64,000 nucleotides of DNA, from the NCBI GenBank assembly GCA_001767195.1, contig MEKU01000007.1:53488-117487 (forward strand). The letters run 5' to 3'. The notes under the pieces were generated by a model that searched no databases, had not been told where the DNA came from, and was given only the letters and a program-made list of their open reading frames with translations. Positions 21,546 to 29,981 of this stretch are shown in pieces (the first letter of the stretch is position 1; each line of letters begins with the position of its first letter). Position numbers and translations under genes: made by a program. The stretch comes from Acidobacteria bacterium RIFCSPLOWO2_02_FULL_67_21 (GTDB lineage: Bacteria; Acidobacteriota; Vicinamibacteria; Vicinamibacterales; UBA2999).

Positions 21546-21752
21546 ATGAGTCTGGTGCGGTTGCTCGGGTTTCGTACGCTGCCTTGCGGGTGCGTCATCG
21601 GCCGCTATCGCGAAGTGGCGACCAGCCGCGAGGTTGCCTACGTCGAGGAGAAGGGCGCGAGCTGTGAGTTGCACAGCCACCGCCGCAACCACACCGTGAC
21701 CGCCGATCCGCCGCTCGGGACCATCACCCCCCTCGCCATCCGGGCGTCCTGA
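21546..21752 (+). CDS. Small hypothetical Cys/His-rich protein (68 aa)
   Basis: ATG preceded by GGGAG. MSLVRLLGFRTLPCGCVIGRYREVATSREVAYVEEKGASCELHSHRRNH. Confidence 0.4.
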   Translation: MSLVRLLGFRTLPCGCVIGRYREVATSREVAYVEEKGASCELHSHRRNHTVTADPPLGTITPLAIRAS

Positions 21753-21792
21753 CACACCGCGACGGCTGTACCCGCGCGGTACAATCGCCGTC

Positions 21793-22298
21793 GTGCCCCG
21801 TCTGTCCCCCCAGGTTTCGTTTCGAACCCGCGGCGCCGCCTATCGTTTCTACCTCGGCGACTGCTCTCGAGGTGCTCGACCGCCTGGAGCCGGGATCGGT
21901 CGACGTGATTGTCACCTCACCCCCCCTACAACCTCGGCGTGCAGTACCGAAGCTATGACGACACGATCCCGCGCGACCAGTACCTCGCCTGGACGGGCGC
22001 CTGGGTCCGCCGCGCTGCCGCGGTGCTGGCGCCCGGCGGCTCGCTGTTTCTGAACGTCGGCGCCAAGCCGACCGACCCCTGGACGGCGCTCGACGTGGCG
22101 CAGGCGGCCCGGCCGCACCTGCAGCTCCAGAACACCATCCACTGGATCAAGTCGATTGCGATCGAAAAGGCGCTCGCCGGCAGCCGCGCCGGCCTCGAAG
22201 AGGACCTGGCCGTCGGGCACTACAAGCCGATCAACAGCCGGCGCTACCTGCGCGAAGCGGTCGCGCGCACGCGCGACGCCATCAGAGCGACGGCCTGA
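21793..22298 (+). pseudogene. Decayed N4/N6 DNA methyltransferase (two +1 frameshifts, 3' truncation)
   Basis: Three frames spliced by eye give YLGDC|LEVLDRLEPGSVDVIVTSPP|YNLGVQY... (the SPPY motif IV). An extra T lies at ~21865 and a C7 run at 21920-21926. The sequence ends soon after GHYKPINS. Confidence 0.7.
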
Positions 22299-22350
22299 TC
22301 AGCTCATCGATCGAGTTGCACCCATGCGCTGAGCGCATGTAAGCTGGGCC

Positions 22351-23292
22351 GTGGACCTGCGGCAGCTCGAGATCATCCGCGCCATCGCCGACACCGGGTC
22401 GTTCACGGCGGCCGGCGAGAAGCTGCGCGTGTCGCAGTCGGCGATCAGCCGCCAGATCCTCCTGCTCGAGGCCGAGCTCGGCGAGCCGGCCTTTCACCGG
22501 ATCGGACGGCGCATCCGCATTACGCCGGCCGGCGAGGCACTCGTGCGCCTGAGCCATCGCGTGTTCCAGGATCTGCAGGAGACGGTCTCCGCCATCACCG
22601 AGACGCAGGAATCGATGCGTGGAACGCTGCGGCTCGTCGGCAGCATGACGGTGTGTCTCTACGTCTTTCCATCGCTGCTGGCGGAGGTGCGGCGGGCGCA
22701 TCCGAACCTCGATCTCAAGATCACCGTGGGCAGCGGCGACCGGTCGCTGGCGCTCCTGCGATCGGGCTCCGCGGATCTCGGCCTCGTCACGCTGCCGGTC
22801 GATGCCGCCGATCTCGAGGCGGTGGCCGTGCTCGAGGAAGAGCTGCTGCTGATTACCTACCCCACGCATCCGCTCGCCGCCAGGCAGCGGATCCGTCCCG
22901 CCGACCTCACCCGCCAGCCGTTCATCCTGTTCGAGGCCGGCTCGATCACCCGGCGGCTGGTCGAGGAGTTTCTGGCCCGCGAGCACATCGAGCCGCAGAT
23001 CGTCATGGAGACCGAGAACGTCGAGATCATCAAGGCGATGGTGCGGCACGGGCTCGGGATCAGCATCATCCCGTGGCAGGCGGCGGCCGCCGACGTCCGG
23101 ACCACGCAGCTGCACTGCAGCCGCATTGCCGGCCACGCGCTGCACCGCGATACAGGCTGGCTCTATCCGAAGATGCGCCGCCTGCCGCGCGCCGTGTCGG
23201 AAGTGATGCGCGTGTTCGAACAGATCCAGCCGAAGTTCGAAGCGGCCGTCAAGGCCCCGCCGCGCCTCTCGACCGTGCTCGGGGCGCCCTGA
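22351..23292 (+). CDS. LysR family transcriptional regulator
   Basis: N-terminal wHTH (LRQLEIIRAIADTGSFTAAGEKLRVSQSAISRQI) and a LysR substrate-binding domain. Confidence 0.9.
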   Translation: MDLRQLEIIRAIADTGSFTAAGEKLRVSQSAISRQILLLEAELGEPAFHRIGRRIRITPAGEALVRLSHRVFQDLQETVSAITETQESMRGTLRLVGSMTVCLYVFPSLLAEVRRAHPNLDLKITVGSGDRSLALLRSGSADLGLVTLPVDAADLEAVAVLEEELLLITYPTHPLAARQRIRPADLTRQPFILFEAGSITRRLVEEFLAREHIEPQIVMETENVEIIKAMVRHGLGISIIPWQAAAADVRTTQLHCSRIAGHALHRDTGWLYPKMRRLPRAVSEVMRVFEQIQPKFEAAVKAPPRLSTVLGAP

Positions 23293-23311
23293 GCGGCGTC
23301 GAAGGGCGCAA

Positions 23312-24598
23312 CTACTGAGCCGGCGGGGGGCGGAGCGAATACGACGTCCGGGACCACACCTCGACGCCGCTGCGCCTGGCCTTGACCTCGATGCGGCGCG
23401 TGCGTTTCAGCGGATCGGGATTGCTGGAGTAGTACCCGAGCACGTAGTAGTCGCTGGTCTCGGCGTCGATCCGCTTGAGCGCGCGGTCGAAGTCGTTCTG
23501 ATTGACGACCGCAATCCCGCCGGTCTGCTCCGCCAGCACCCGCAGGCTGTCCTGCGTCTCCCGGACGTGCTCGTTCCACTCGGCGGTCTCGACCTCCTGA
23601 TCGAGGTCAGGCCCGGCCACCAGCCCGCGCGGGTCGATCGTGTAGAACGTGGCGTTCGCCCGGTTGGCGGCGCGCGTCAGCTCCGCCAGCTCGCGCACCA
23701 GATCGGCCTCGAGGAACTGCGTCCCCTGGAGGCGCGGATTGTTGAACGGGTTCATCGCCGTGGAATCGGCCTCGTAGCCCGACAACTCGGCCTCGTACTT
23801 CAGCCGCGACGTGGCGAACGGATTGAAATCGTAGCCGCTGCTGATGTAGATGACCGCCTTGCGCCGGTTGCGAAGGTTCTCCAGGTTGCGCATCAACTGG
23901 TAGGCGGTCGAGAACGCGACGTGGGCCCGGTAGCGCAGCTCGGCAGGGCCCTGCGGGCTCTGCGGCACCTTGATCAGGTCCTCGGGCCGCAGGCCGCTGC
24001 CCGTCACCTTCTTGATCGACGCCTCCAGGACCTGACGATCGTAGGTGAGCTGCTCGGAGATCGAGGAGGTGCCGGTCGACACGATGCCGAACATGTCGCC
24101 CTCGTGAATGAGATTGCGCAGCATCCGCTGCATGAGGTCGCGCGTCCGCGGCGTCAGGCGGAAGTCGAGGTGCAGGTCGTCGATGAAGATCAGGAACACG
24201 CGCCCGGCGGCGTCGTTGGTCGGCCGCGCGGCCGGCAGGATGATGCCTTCCTGCACCGGCGCAGGGGGCGGCGCCTGCACGTTGAAGACCCGGCCGCCGT
24301 GGGTGAGGACGAGCGACACGATACTCTGCGGCACGCCGTCCTCGAGCACCTCGAACTCGTCCAGCCTGAGATCCGAGACGAACTGCCCGTTGCCGTCCCG
24401 AACAATGACGTCGGTCGTGACCAGGTCGACCTGCACGCGGAACGTCGGCTGCTGGGGAGCGGCGGGCGCCGTGGATTGGGCCAGGCGGCCGGGCGCGCCG
24501 CCGGCCGCCACGGCCGCAAGAGGGCCCGCGGAGCCGGACACCGTCAGGATGCCGGCCATCAACGCCGCTGCAGTCAGCCATTTAGCCATGGTGCGCAT
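23312..24598 (-). CDS. VWA domain protein (VWFA-related acidobacterial type, TIGR03436-like)
   Basis: Signal peptide, FRVQVDLVTTDVIVRDGNGQFV..DEFEVLEDGVPQ, and VFLIFIDDLH. Confidence 0.75.
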   Translation of the reverse strand: MRTMAKWLTAAALMAGILTVSGSAGPLAAVAAGGAPGRLAQSTAPAAPQQPTFRVQVDLVTTDVIVRDGNGQFVSDLRLDEFEVLEDGVPQSIVSLVLTHGGRVFNVQAPPPAPVQEGIILPAARPTNDAAGRVFLIFIDDLHLDFRLTPRTRDLMQRMLRNLIHEGDMFGIVSTGTSSISEQLTYDRQVLEASIKKVTGSGLRPEDLIKVPQSPQGPAELRYRAHVAFSTAYQLMRNLENLRNRRKAVIYISSGYDFNPFATSRLKYEAELSGYEADSTAMNPFNNPRLQGTQFLEADLVRELAELTRAANRANATFYTIDPRGLVAGPDLDQEVETAEWNEHVRETQDSLRVLAEQTGGIAVVNQNDFDRALKRIDAETSDYYVLGYYSSNPDPLKRTRRIEVKARRSGVEVWSRTSYSLRPPPAQ

Positions 24599-24630
24599 AG
24601 CGCGAATTATACCAAGCTAACATATGCCCC
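24599..24630. promoter_or_regulatory. 32-bp divergent promoter region with -10 boxes placed for leaderless transcripts on both strands
   Basis: On the minus strand, TGGTATAAT lies 7 nt before ATG 24598. On the plus strand, TAACAT lies 7 nt before ATG 24631. Confidence 0.5.
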
Positions 24631-25086
24631 ATGCGGATCGCGCTGGCCGCCGACCACGCCGGCTTCGAGATGAAGCAGGACCTCGCCGAGGTGCTGCGCG
24701 CCCAGGGCCACGAGGTGCAGGACCTCGGCACCCATTCCACCGCCGCCGTCGATTATCCGGACTGCGCCGAATCGGTGGCCCGGGCGCTGCACGAGCACCG
24801 CGCCGACCGGGGGATTATCGTGTGCGGAAGCGGCGCGGGGGTCTCCATTGCGGCCAACAAGTTTCCCGGCGTCAGAGCCGCGGTCTGCCACGACTGTTAT
24901 TCGGCGCGTCAGGCTGTCGAGCACGACGACATGAACGTGCTGTGTCTCGGCGCCCGCGTGATTGGCGCGGCGGTCGCGCGGGACCTGGTCGAGGCGTTCC
25001 TCGGCGCCGCCTTCTCGCGTGAGGACCGCCACGAGCGCCGGCTGAACAAGATTCTCGCCATCGAGCGCCGCTTCACGCGCTCCTGA
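24631..25086 (+). CDS. rpiB: Ribose-5-phosphate isomerase B
   Basis: [32 protein letters not shown] and NVLCLGARV. Confidence 0.9.
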   Translation: MRIALAADHAGFEMKQDLAEVLRAQGHEVQDLGTHSTAAVDYPDCAESVARALHEHRADRGIIVCGSGAGVSIAANKFPGVRAAVCHDCYSARQAVEHDDMNVLCLGARVIGAAVARDLVEAFLGAAFSREDRHERRLNKILAIERRFTRS

Positions 25087-25130
25087 GCCGCTCCCGTCAC
25101 GCGGCGTCAGACCACCGCTGCCGGGACTGC

Positions 25131-25742
25131 TTACAGCGGCTGCTGCCGCTCGATGGCGCGGCGCGACGCCTTCGTGATCATCATCGTCGACACGACGATC
25201 GCCCCGACGCCCGCCACCAGCAGCAGGTAGTATTCGGGGGCCCGCGGCGGCGAGACGCCGGCCGCGAGCGCCGCGACGTCGCCGACCACCTTGCCGTAAT
25301 ACGTGTACATGAGGATGGCGGGGATCATGCCGACGAGGGCCACGAGGAAGTCGCGATATCGGACGCCGCTGAGCGCCAGCGCGTAGTTGAGCGGCGTGTA
25401 CGGGATGAGGGGCGAGAGGCGCAGCAGGAACATGACCCACGCACCCTGCCCGACAATGGCCGTGCGCACCGCCGCGACGCGGGGATACCGCGTGACGCGT
25501 GCCATCACGCGCGACCGCGCCAGCGGCGAGACCAGCGCGTACACGATCGATGCCCCGAGTGACGCCGCCACGAACACGATCAGGCTGCCGCGCCAGACGC
25601 CGAACATCGCGCCGGCGGCCACGGTGAGGAAGAACGCCGGAGCGAGCGTGACGGCCGCCGCGACATAGAGCAGCACGAAGAGCACCGGCGCCCACGGCCC
25701 CACGTGCGTGAGCTGCAGCACCGCCGGCGCGAGCCAGTCCAT
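25131..25742 (-). CDS. TVP38/TMEM64 (DedA-related) family membrane protein
   Basis: Typical hydrophobic pattern plus LRLSPLIPYTPLNYALALSGV. Confidence 0.8.
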   Translation of the reverse strand: MDWLAPAVLQLTHVGPWAPVLFVLLYVAAAVTLAPAFFLTVAAGAMFGVWRGSLIVFVAASLGASIVYALVSPLARSRVMARVTRYPRVAAVRTAIVGQGAWVMFLLRLSPLIPYTPLNYALALSGVRYRDFLVALVGMIPAILMYTYYGKVVGDVAALAAGVSPPRAPEYYLLLVAGVGAIVVSTMMITKASRRAIERQQPL

Positions 25743-26428
25743 TACGAGTCGGGGGTGGAAGCCGGCGGAGGCGCCGCCGTCTGGCGGCTCGATTCACGGT
25801 GCGATCGGCGGCGCCGCCTCGAGAAGACGTGCGACAGCCGCTCGAGCGCTTCCCCGGCCCGCTGCAGGCCGGCCGTCATCTCGTCGGCGTCGGTCCACGC
25901 CGCCGGATTGAGTCGCTCGGCCAGCGCGAGCAGCGCCTCCCGCCGTGCCGGATCGCTCGTCCGCTGCGGAACCCGGTCGCGGATGATCGGATACCAGTGG
26001 CGCAGAAACGCGATCTGTTCGTCAGGTGTGGCGCCCTGCAGGCCGGACGGCAGCGGCGCCCGCACCGGCTGGGCCTGCTGGCCCTCCGGCGGCGGCGCGG
26101 AGCGGTCGGGTTCGGCGGCCGCCGGCGCGGCAGTCTCCGCCTCGCCTTCGGTCCGCTTCCGCTTCCGGAGCCGCCTCGGCTCGGGCGCCGTCTCGATGAC
26201 CTGCCGGTTGCCGAGGACGGCTTTCCAGTCGAAGGCGATATCGGGATGCTGCGACTCGATGTCCCGCAGCACGTCGGGCTCGAGCGACTCGCGGCCGACG
26301 CGGACGCCGCCAGGTGTTCGGAAGACGTAGAGAATCCTCGAGCGCTGGCGCGCGCCGTCGCGATACCAGTGCATCAGGTACGTCGTCTCGTACCCGCGCT
26401 TGTCGCGAATCACGCGCAGGAACGGCAC
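25742..26428 (-). CDS. Hypothetical protein (228 aa) with a central Pro/Ala/Glu-rich linker
   Basis: ORF with GC-typical codon usage. The stop overlaps the TVP38 start (TAATG). No family recognised. Confidence 0.5.
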   Translation of the reverse strand: MPFLRVIRDKRGYETTYLMHWYRDGARQRSRILYVFRTPGGVRVGRESLEPDVLRDIESQHPDIAFDWKAVLGNRQVIETAPEPRRLRKRKRTEGEAETAAPAAAEPDRSAPPPEGQQAQPVRAPLPSGLQGATPDEQIAFLRHWYPIIRDRVPQRTSDPARREALLALAERLNPAAWTDADEMTAGLQRAGEALERLSHVFSRRRRRSHRESSRQTAAPPPASTPDS

Positions 26429-26431
26429 CGA

Positions 26432-26971
26432 CTACTTCCGCTTCTGCGCGCGGGAGGGACGGGAGCTCTTCTTGCGCGCCGGCGCACCACGAGTGCCGGC
26501 CTTGGCAGCTTTGCGGCGCACGGCGGAGGTTGCCGCGCCCCGTCGTGCAGGGCGGGCGGCGGCGGACCGCTGGACGAGCGCAAACCGCATCTGGTCGCCG
26601 ACGTTCGTGAACGCCCAGACCTCGGTGACCGGAATCTGGAGGTCGCCGCAGATCTGCCGCGCCACGTCAACCATCGACTGCGGAACGTAGAGGTGAAAGG
26701 CGCCCCGGATCCGCGAAAAGGCCGCCCACTGCGACATCGCCTCCACGCGGTTGACCGATTCGGAGGTCTCAACCTCGACCACGCCCATCACCTTGCGGCC
26801 GCGGCCGGGCGCCTGGAGGATCAGATCCGGGTACCAGGGCGATTGCCCTATCGGTACCGAGACGCTCTGCTGTCCCCCAAGATTAACGGCAACTTCAAAT
26901 TTTCTGCGATATTTCGCCTGCAACAGGCGAATCACCCGGTCGTGCTCGAGCTGCTCGCGAACGGGCCGCAT
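26432..26971 (-). CDS. Hypothetical protein with a possible PD-(D/E)xK-like core and a Lys/Arg/Ala-rich histone-H1-like tail
   Basis: Start at ATG 26971. PDLILQAPGRGRKVMGVVEVETSES, then the tail ARPARRGAATSAVRRKAAKAGTRGAPARKKSSRPSRAQKRK. Confidence 0.5.
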   Translation of the reverse strand: MRPVREQLEHDRVIRLLQAKYRRKFEVAVNLGGQQSVSVPIGQSPWYPDLILQAPGRGRKVMGVVEVETSESVNRVEAMSQWAAFSRIRGAFHLYVPQSMVDVARQICGDLQIPVTEVWAFTNVGDQMRFALVQRSAAARPARRGAATSAVRRKAAKAGTRGAPARKKSSRPSRAQKRK

Positions 26972-27077
26972 GAGGATCGGGCTCAAGAAGACCTCCGGAG
27001 GCGGCGCAAATCGGCTGAATATAGCATGAGATGTCGCTCTGCCTTGACGCCAGATCGCCTGCGTCCCACAATGGGTC

Positions 27078-27482
27078 GTGTTCTCCCCGCCCGGCGCGGC
27101 CGCACCTCGTGTTCTCATTGTTGACGATGATGTGAGCGTGGCGGATACGTTTTCGCGGACGCTTCGCCTGGAAGGATACGAAGTCTGGTCCGCGCTCTCG
27201 GCCGACGAGGGCCTCACGCTCGCCCAGACGCATCGCCCGCAGGCCGTGATTCTCGACCTGCGCATGCCACTCACGAGCGGGCTGCAGTTTCTGCGCGCCA
27301 TTCGCGCCATCCCCGGGCTGACCAACACGCCGGTGGCGATCGTGACCGGCGACTACTACCTGGACGACGCGCAGGCCGACGAGATCCACGCGCTCGGCGC
27401 CGAGCTCCGGTACAAGCCGCTCTGGCTCGAGGAGCTGGTCACGCTGGCGCGAGACCTCCTGGCCACGCCTGTCCGGGACTGA
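27078..27482 (+). CDS. Single-domain response regulator (CheY-like receiver)
   Basis: VLIVDDD...VILDLRMP...KP receiver motifs. No output domain. Confidence 0.8.
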   Translation: MFSPPGAAAPRVLIVDDDVSVADTFSRTLRLEGYEVWSALSADEGLTLAQTHRPQAVILDLRMPLTSGLQFLRAIRAIPGLTNTPVAIVTGDYYLDDAQADEIHALGAELRYKPLWLEELVTLARDLLATPVRD

Positions 27483-27488
27483 CGGGGC

Positions 27489-28523
27489 GTGGCCACGTCC
27501 CGGTTTCTGAGGGCCTGTCGGCGCGAGCCGGTCGATGTCACGCCGGTCTGGTTCATGCGCCAGGCCGGCCGGTACATGGCCGAGTACCGCGCCCTCCGCG
27601 AGCGGCATTCGCTGCTCGACATCTGCCGGGCGCCGGATCTCGCCACCGAAGTCACCCTCCAGCCGGTGCACCGGATCGAGGTCGACGCCGCCATCCTCTT
27701 CTCGGATCTGCTGCTGCCGCTCGAGCCGATGGGGCTGCCGTTCGATTTCATCAAGGGCGAAGGGCCGCAGATCGAATCGCCGATCACGTCGCCGGCCGAC
27801 ATCGAGCGGCTCAAGACGTTCGAGCCGCGCGAGGCCCTCGGTCACGTCCTCGACGCGATCGGGATGATCCAGCGCGAGCTCGCCGGCCGCGTCCCCTTGA
27901 TCGGGTTTGCCGGCGCGCCGTTCACGCTGGCGTCGTACGCCATCGAAGGCGGGCACTCGAACAACTTCGCGCGCACCAAGGCGCTGATGTACGGGCACCC
28001 GGGCGCATGGCATCGTCTGGCCGACCAGCTCGCGGCGCTCGTGGCCGACTACCTCGTGGCGCAGATCGAGGCGGGCGTCGATGCCGTGCAGGTGTTCGAC
28101 TCGTGGGTCGGCGTGCTGAGCCCGGCCGACTACCGTGAGTTCGCACTCCCCCACACCAGGCGCATCTTCGATACGATCGGGGGGCGCGTCCCCACGATCC
28201 ATTTCGGCACCGGCACGGCGGCGATCCTCCACGAGCTGCGCGAAGCGGGGGGCGACGTCATCGGCGTCGACTGGCGCATCCCGATCGACACGGCGTGGGA
28301 GCGCATCGGCGCCGACCGGGCCGTGCAGGGGAACCTCGACCCGACGCTGCTGCTCGGACCGACCGATCGGATGTTCACGCAGACCGACGACATTCTGCAG
28401 CGCGTGGGCGGCCGGGCGGGACACATCTTCAATCTGGGGCACGGCATCCTGCCGTCGACGCCGGTCGAGCACGTGCAGATGCTCGCGCAGTACGTGCACA
28501 GCGCGTCGCGACGGATGCGATGA
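27489..28523 (+). CDS. hemE: Uroporphyrinogen decarboxylase
   Basis: TPVWFMRQAGRYMAEYR signature and full-length similarity. Confidence 0.9.
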   Translation: MATSRFLRACRREPVDVTPVWFMRQAGRYMAEYRALRERHSLLDICRAPDLATEVTLQPVHRIEVDAAILFSDLLLPLEPMGLPFDFIKGEGPQIESPITSPADIERLKTFEPREALGHVLDAIGMIQRELAGRVPLIGFAGAPFTLASYAIEGGHSNNFARTKALMYGHPGAWHRLADQLAALVADYLVAQIEAGVDAVQVFDSWVGVLSPADYREFALPHTRRIFDTIGGRVPTIHFGTGTAAILHELREAGGDVIGVDWRIPIDTAWERIGADRAVQGNLDPTLLLGPTDRMFTQTDDILQRVGGRAGHIFNLGHGILPSTPVEHVQMLAQYVHSASRRMR

Positions 28524-28529
28524 GAGCGC

Positions 28530-29918
28530 ATGAACGACAGCGTCGTTGACGTCGTCGTCGTCGGCGGCGGCATCACGGGCCTCTCGGCCGCCTACGACCT
28601 GCAGCGCCGGGACCTCAGCGTCCGGCTGCTCGAGGCGGCGCCACGCCCGGGCGGCGTCATCCGCACCGAGCGTCTGGACGGCTGGATCATCGATGCCGGC
28701 CCGGATGCGCTGCTCGTGCACAAGCCGGCCGCCGTCGCCCTCTGCCGCGAGCTCGGACTCGGCGATCGGCTGATGCCGACGCTGACGCCACGCACCGCCT
28801 ACATCCTTCGCGACGGCCGGCTGTGGCCGATTGCCGAAGGGTCTCTTCTTGGCTTCCCGGTCAGCCTGGCCGCGCTGGCGCGCTCTCCGCTGTTCACGTG
28901 GGCCGGCAAGCTCCGCATGGCGGCGGAAGTCTTCATCCCCCGTACCGATGTCGAGGACGAGTCGATTGCATCGTTCGTGGAACGGCGCTTCGGCCGCGAG
29001 GCGCTCGACTATCTGGGCGAACCGCTCCTGGCCGGGATTCATGCGGGCGACGCCGATCGCCTCTCCGTCCGCGCGCTGTTTCCCAGGCTCGTCGAGGCGG
29101 AGCGGCAGGCCGGCAGCGTGCTTCGATCGATCCGCGCGATGCGCATCGCGCCCTCGCCTTCAGGCGCGTTCGTCTCGCTTCCCGGCGGCGTAGGAGAGCT
29201 CGTCGACGCCGTCAGCGCCGCGCTGGCGCCGGGAACGGTGCGGGGCTCCACCCGTGTGACCGGTCTGCGGCGCGCGGGCCTTTTCACCGTCGATACAGAG
29301 ACGGGATCGATCGCAGCGCGGACGGTGATCCTCAGCCTGCCGGCCTACGCCGCAGCCGCTCTGCTGCGCGCGCTCGACGCTCCGCTGGCCGACCTCTGCG
29401 ACGACGTCCCCTACGCCTCCACCGCGACGGTGGCGCTCGGCTACCGCCGCGATCAGATCCGGCACCCGTTGTCGGGCACGGGGTTCGTCGTCCCCCGCGT
29501 CGAGGGCGGCCCGCTGCTGGCCGGCACGTGGGTGACCTCCAAGTGGCCCGGGCGGGCGCCCGCAGGCTGCGCGCTCGTCCGCGGGTTTCTTGGAGGGGGG
29601 CGCGATCCTCACCGGCTCGATCAGAGCGACGAGGGGTTGATGGCCGCCGCGCGGGAGGCGTTGAGCGAGTTGCTGCAGATCGACGGCGCGCCGATGGTCG
29701 AGCGGCTGTACCGTTTTCCGCGCCAGAGCCCGCAGCATGAGGTGGGGCATCTCGCCCGCGTGGCGTCGATCGAGCGGCGAGCCGGGCAGATCGGCGGTCT
29801 GTTCCTTGCCGGCAGCGGGTTCCGCGCGATCGGCATTCCCGACTGCGTGGCCGACGGCCGCCAGGCGGCCGGTCGAGCTGCCGCGTACGTCACGGAATGT
29901 AAAATGCCGAATGCCTAA
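28530..29918 (+). CDS. hemY: Protoporphyrinogen/coproporphyrinogen III oxidase (HemY type, FAD)
   Basis: VVVVGGGITGLSAAYDL dinucleotide motif and HemY-like length and C-terminus. Confidence 0.85.
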   Translation: MNDSVVDVVVVGGGITGLSAAYDLQRRDLSVRLLEAAPRPGGVIRTERLDGWIIDAGPDALLVHKPAAVALCRELGLGDRLMPTLTPRTAYILRDGRLWPIAEGSLLGFPVSLAALARSPLFTWAGKLRMAAEVFIPRTDVEDESIASFVERRFGREALDYLGEPLLAGIHAGDADRLSVRALFPRLVEAERQAGSVLRSIRAMRIAPSPSGAFVSLPGGVGELVDAVSAALAPGTVRGSTRVTGLRRAGLFTVDTETGSIAARTVILSLPAYAAAALLRALDAPLADLCDDVPYASTATVALGYRRDQIRHPLSGTGFVVPRVEGGPLLAGTWVTSKWPGRAPAGCALVRGFLGGGRDPHRLDQSDEGLMAAAREALSELLQIDGAPMVERLYRFPRQSPQHEVGHLARVASIERRAGQIGGLFLAGSGFRAIGIPDCVADGRQAAGRAAAYVTECKMPNA

Positions 29919-29977
29919 TGCCCAATGACCAACGCAGGCCATCGTCTTTGGACATTGGGCATTGAGCATTTTGCATT
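29896..29977. repeat. AT-rich long hairpin built of AATGCC-type units, spanning the hemY stop and ending 5 nt before the arginase ATG
   Basis: aatgtaaaatgccgaatgcctaatgcccaatg ...25 nt... cattgggcattgagcattttgcatt. Confidence 0.6.
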
Positions 29978-29981
29978 TGCC

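Noticed and set aside
21909-22298. A 129-aa ORF, considered as an intact small gene
   Set aside because: It begins in the middle of the SPPY motif of a methyltransferase whose upstream parts lie in two other frames. It is treated as part of the pseudogene.
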